A stretch of 61,867 nucleotides of DNA, the filler included, from Sphacelaria rigidula (Eukaryota), in NCBI GenBank assembly GCA_964200075.2. It is 11 parts of 11 records of this genome, joined end to end, with 100 filler letters (N's around TTAATTAATTAA, not from the genome) between each part and the next. Parts side by side here need not be neighbours in the genome. Positions count along the whole stretch, not along the records: positions 56,335 to 61,867 come from CAXNAA020026569.1; 10 more parts are not named here. One strand, written 5' to 3'. The notes under the pieces are model-generated. The model ran no database searches and was not told the DNA's origin. It saw nothing but the letters and a program-made list of their open reading frames with translations. A program made the position numbers and the translations under genes. The stretch's first letter is position 1, and the number at the start of each line of letters is the position of its first letter. Below are positions 59,650 to 61,867 of this stretch, one piece after another.

Positions 59650-60648
59650 CAGGGCCTGTCTTGGGCCATGTCTTGACACTTTTTTTTTCGATCGAAGAAG
59701 TGCAGTGGAAAGCAAAAATCCCAATATGATGGGTCGTAATTTCAACCATCGAAAGCAAAAATCCCGATATGATAGGTCGTAATTCCAACCACGATGGTTG
59801 AAATTACGACCTATCATATCGGGATTTTTGCTTTCCACCGCACGTTTTCGATCGGAAAAATGAGACGGTGGAATTGATTTGAGCGAAATTTTCTCGTTTT
59901 GATGCAGTCGGGTCCGGATGGATTTTCAAGCTTTCGATCGAAAGAAGACAGTGAAATTGGTGAAACTGTATATGGTCACTCGTGCACAGTACAGGCAGTC
60001 TGTACTATTTGCACTGCTTTCAAGCAGGATGTCTTGAGTGCGTGTGTGCGTGTTTCGTGCAGGAGGATATAAAAGAGAAGCGGGCAACGTGCAATGCAGA
60101 CAGCCCAGGACTATCAGTTCTCTCTGCTTGCAATACGACGTGAAAAGGACGTCAGCAACGTGCAGCTTTGTACTGCCTGCACTGTCCATGAGCGTGCACG
60201 CAACTCGGTTGCCCACCGTACCACGCAGTTCCGTCCCTGATGCCTACCACGGGAGAACATGCGCAAGTTTTTGCCAACAAAAAGTGAAGAAAGCACACCC
60301 AACTCCTGTAGTGTATCTATCCCTGTGCTCAACTCCTGCTCTATGCTGCAGGGTTGGGATGGTAGCTGAGAATGAGTTGGATGGAGTTTGCATGGTCCAG
60401 TGAACAGGTGTTATTTGGCGTAGTGGTGTCTAAGATAGGAGTCAGGTGCCGCTTCGTGCATTTCGACCGCATGTTTTCGATCGAAAACGATTGTTTTTTA
60501 CCTCGTTGCATTCTTCTCCTCGCGCCGCCAATTATAATCTTGAGTCGAAGCCTTCAAGAAACATAGAAGCGGTGGACCTACCAGACCGGCAAAAAAAAAT
60601 CGACCGCACTTTTTCGATCGAAAAAAAAAGGTGCTAAGACACTCCCTC
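59650..60648. mobile_element. TIR element of about 1 kb with repeated TTTTCGATCGAAAA motifs, flanked by AATC repeats
   Basis: Left end (AGGG..TGTCTT..CACTTTTTTTTTCGATCGAA.AAGTGC) mirrors the right end. The internal part is homologous to about 4830-5050. Confidence 0.6.
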
Positions 60649-61369
60649 AATCAATCAATCAACCGTTGTTGTCCACTGTGGTTACTGTCGAAATATCAAT
60701 ACATTATCATCATCCCTGTGGTGTGACCTTCGTCACCACAACAGGGGGCGAAATACAGATGACAGTTCACGCAAATTCATGATGGGTTCACGGGGTTGAT
60801 AAAGAACGCCAACAATCGCAGTAGTACACGTGCACGGGATTGTCAACATCTATCGGCTTCACGTACACACCCAGAGAGGATACGAAGGAGCATCCACGGC
60901 TGCCCGTTCTCTGGAAGCCCTTCGGCACGCGACAAAAATTGCCGACGGCCTCTACGAGTGGCAGCTCATAATCTGTTTTGTACATGTCGATAACGACCTG
61001 AGGTTTAATGACCACGACACAACCACCATCAACGTCGATGACGTGCGTCTTGCTACTTGATCCCCTGGTGCCGCAGATAAATCGCTCGAGCCACCACTCG
61101 AGTCTTGGGGTTGATCCATCCTGACGGTCTGCAGTACTGCTCATGTTTCGTGTTTCCACTCAGAGGTACCTCGTATCCGGTCAGATCTCAAACTAAATAA
61201 CTTTTCAACATTGAATTTTTGTCGGTGTGCAGTTTTGAATGAAGGAGTCGGGTAGGTTGATCGCGATCGGAGGTACATGTTCAGGCCATGAGGTTGTGTT
61301 TGGATGGAACCTATATAAGTACCTCCCCAAGGTATATACCTGTGCTCATACCTGCAATTGGGTATATCT

Positions 61370-61797
61370 ATAACGGTATACCCTGACTCCGGGTAGGGGT
61401 ATGGGAGGCTTACGGAAGTTATAGAACTTATCGGGTACGGTATGGGAGGCTTTCAGAAACGGTACCGGCAATCGAGTATTTCTTCAAGAGCATACTCGCG
61501 CTCCGGGTACGGGTAAACATTCTGTACAGAACTCACAGAATTGTCGGGTAAGGGTATGGGAGGCTTACAGAACTCACAGAAACTGTCGGGTAGGATATGG
61601 ATGTTGCACAGAAAACCGTACCCGCAATCAGGTATCTTATCGAGAGCGTACACGCGCCCCCAGGTAACGGTACGGGAGTCTGACAGAGAGTACAGAACTA
61701 TCGGGTAAGGACATGAAAGTCTTGAAGAGATTACAGAACTGTCGGGTACCGGTATGAAAGACTTACAGAAGTCGCAGAACTGTCGGGTACCGGTATA
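61370..61797 (+). repeat. G-rich minisatellite with units of about 38-41 bp, followed by an (ATC)/(ATT) tract
   Basis: About 10 diverged units of CGGGTA(C/A)GGGTATG(G/A)(G/A)AG.CTTACAGAA.T..CAGAACTGT. Confidence 0.85.
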
Positions 61798-61867
61798 TCA
61801 TCATCATTATTATTATTATTATTATATCCGTCACGTTAGCTCGATCTCTCGAACCCGTGGTCACAGA

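Noticed and set aside
59295..59838. Hydrophobic or Lys/Asn-rich ORFs
   Set aside because: They are produced by TTG/TTC low-complexity tracts; the same applies to 445-750, 49847-50242 and 50939-51378.
60788..61159. Possible hAT/BED-finger remnant (SFVSSLGVYVKP...YYC)
   Set aside because: The resemblance is too short and there is no downstream transposase sequence.
61370..61797. CRISPR-like array
   Set aside because: Units are contiguous diverged tandem repeats without unique spacers, and there are no cas genes.

Overview
This window is not one locus. It is 11 unrelated contigs of 5533-5534 bp from a length-sorted fragmented assembly, joined by artificial 100-nt spacers (N44-TTAATTAATTAA-N44), so nothing can be inferred across the spacers. 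The DNA is intron-rich, repeat-dense eukaryotic sequence. It is probably from a brown alga or other photosynthetic stramenopile; this is inferred from the small GT-AG exons, CCCTAA repeats, a bipartite plastid-type presequence and the style of the repeats. The clearest feature is a nearly complete tyrosine-recombinase (DIRS-order, Ngaro-like) retrotransposon filling contig 6 (gag - linker/RT/RNase H - YR). In it, gag and pol are in the same frame and separated by a single TGA. Other mobile DNA includes three decayed Ty3/Gypsy fragments (one integrase carries chromo-like plus Tudor/PWWP-like tails), a tRNA-derived SINE family, several GA-terminated MITE families with 4-bp target duplications, a TTAA MITE, a Helitron-like repeat and an inverted pair of 5S-rRNA-derived sequences. 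Isolated host exons include a cNMP-binding protein, a TPR/HAT protein, a probable plastid-targeted protein and a possible methyltransferase. I found no CRISPR array, intact rRNA/tRNA gene or prokaryotic operon. Most short ORFs in the track are noise.
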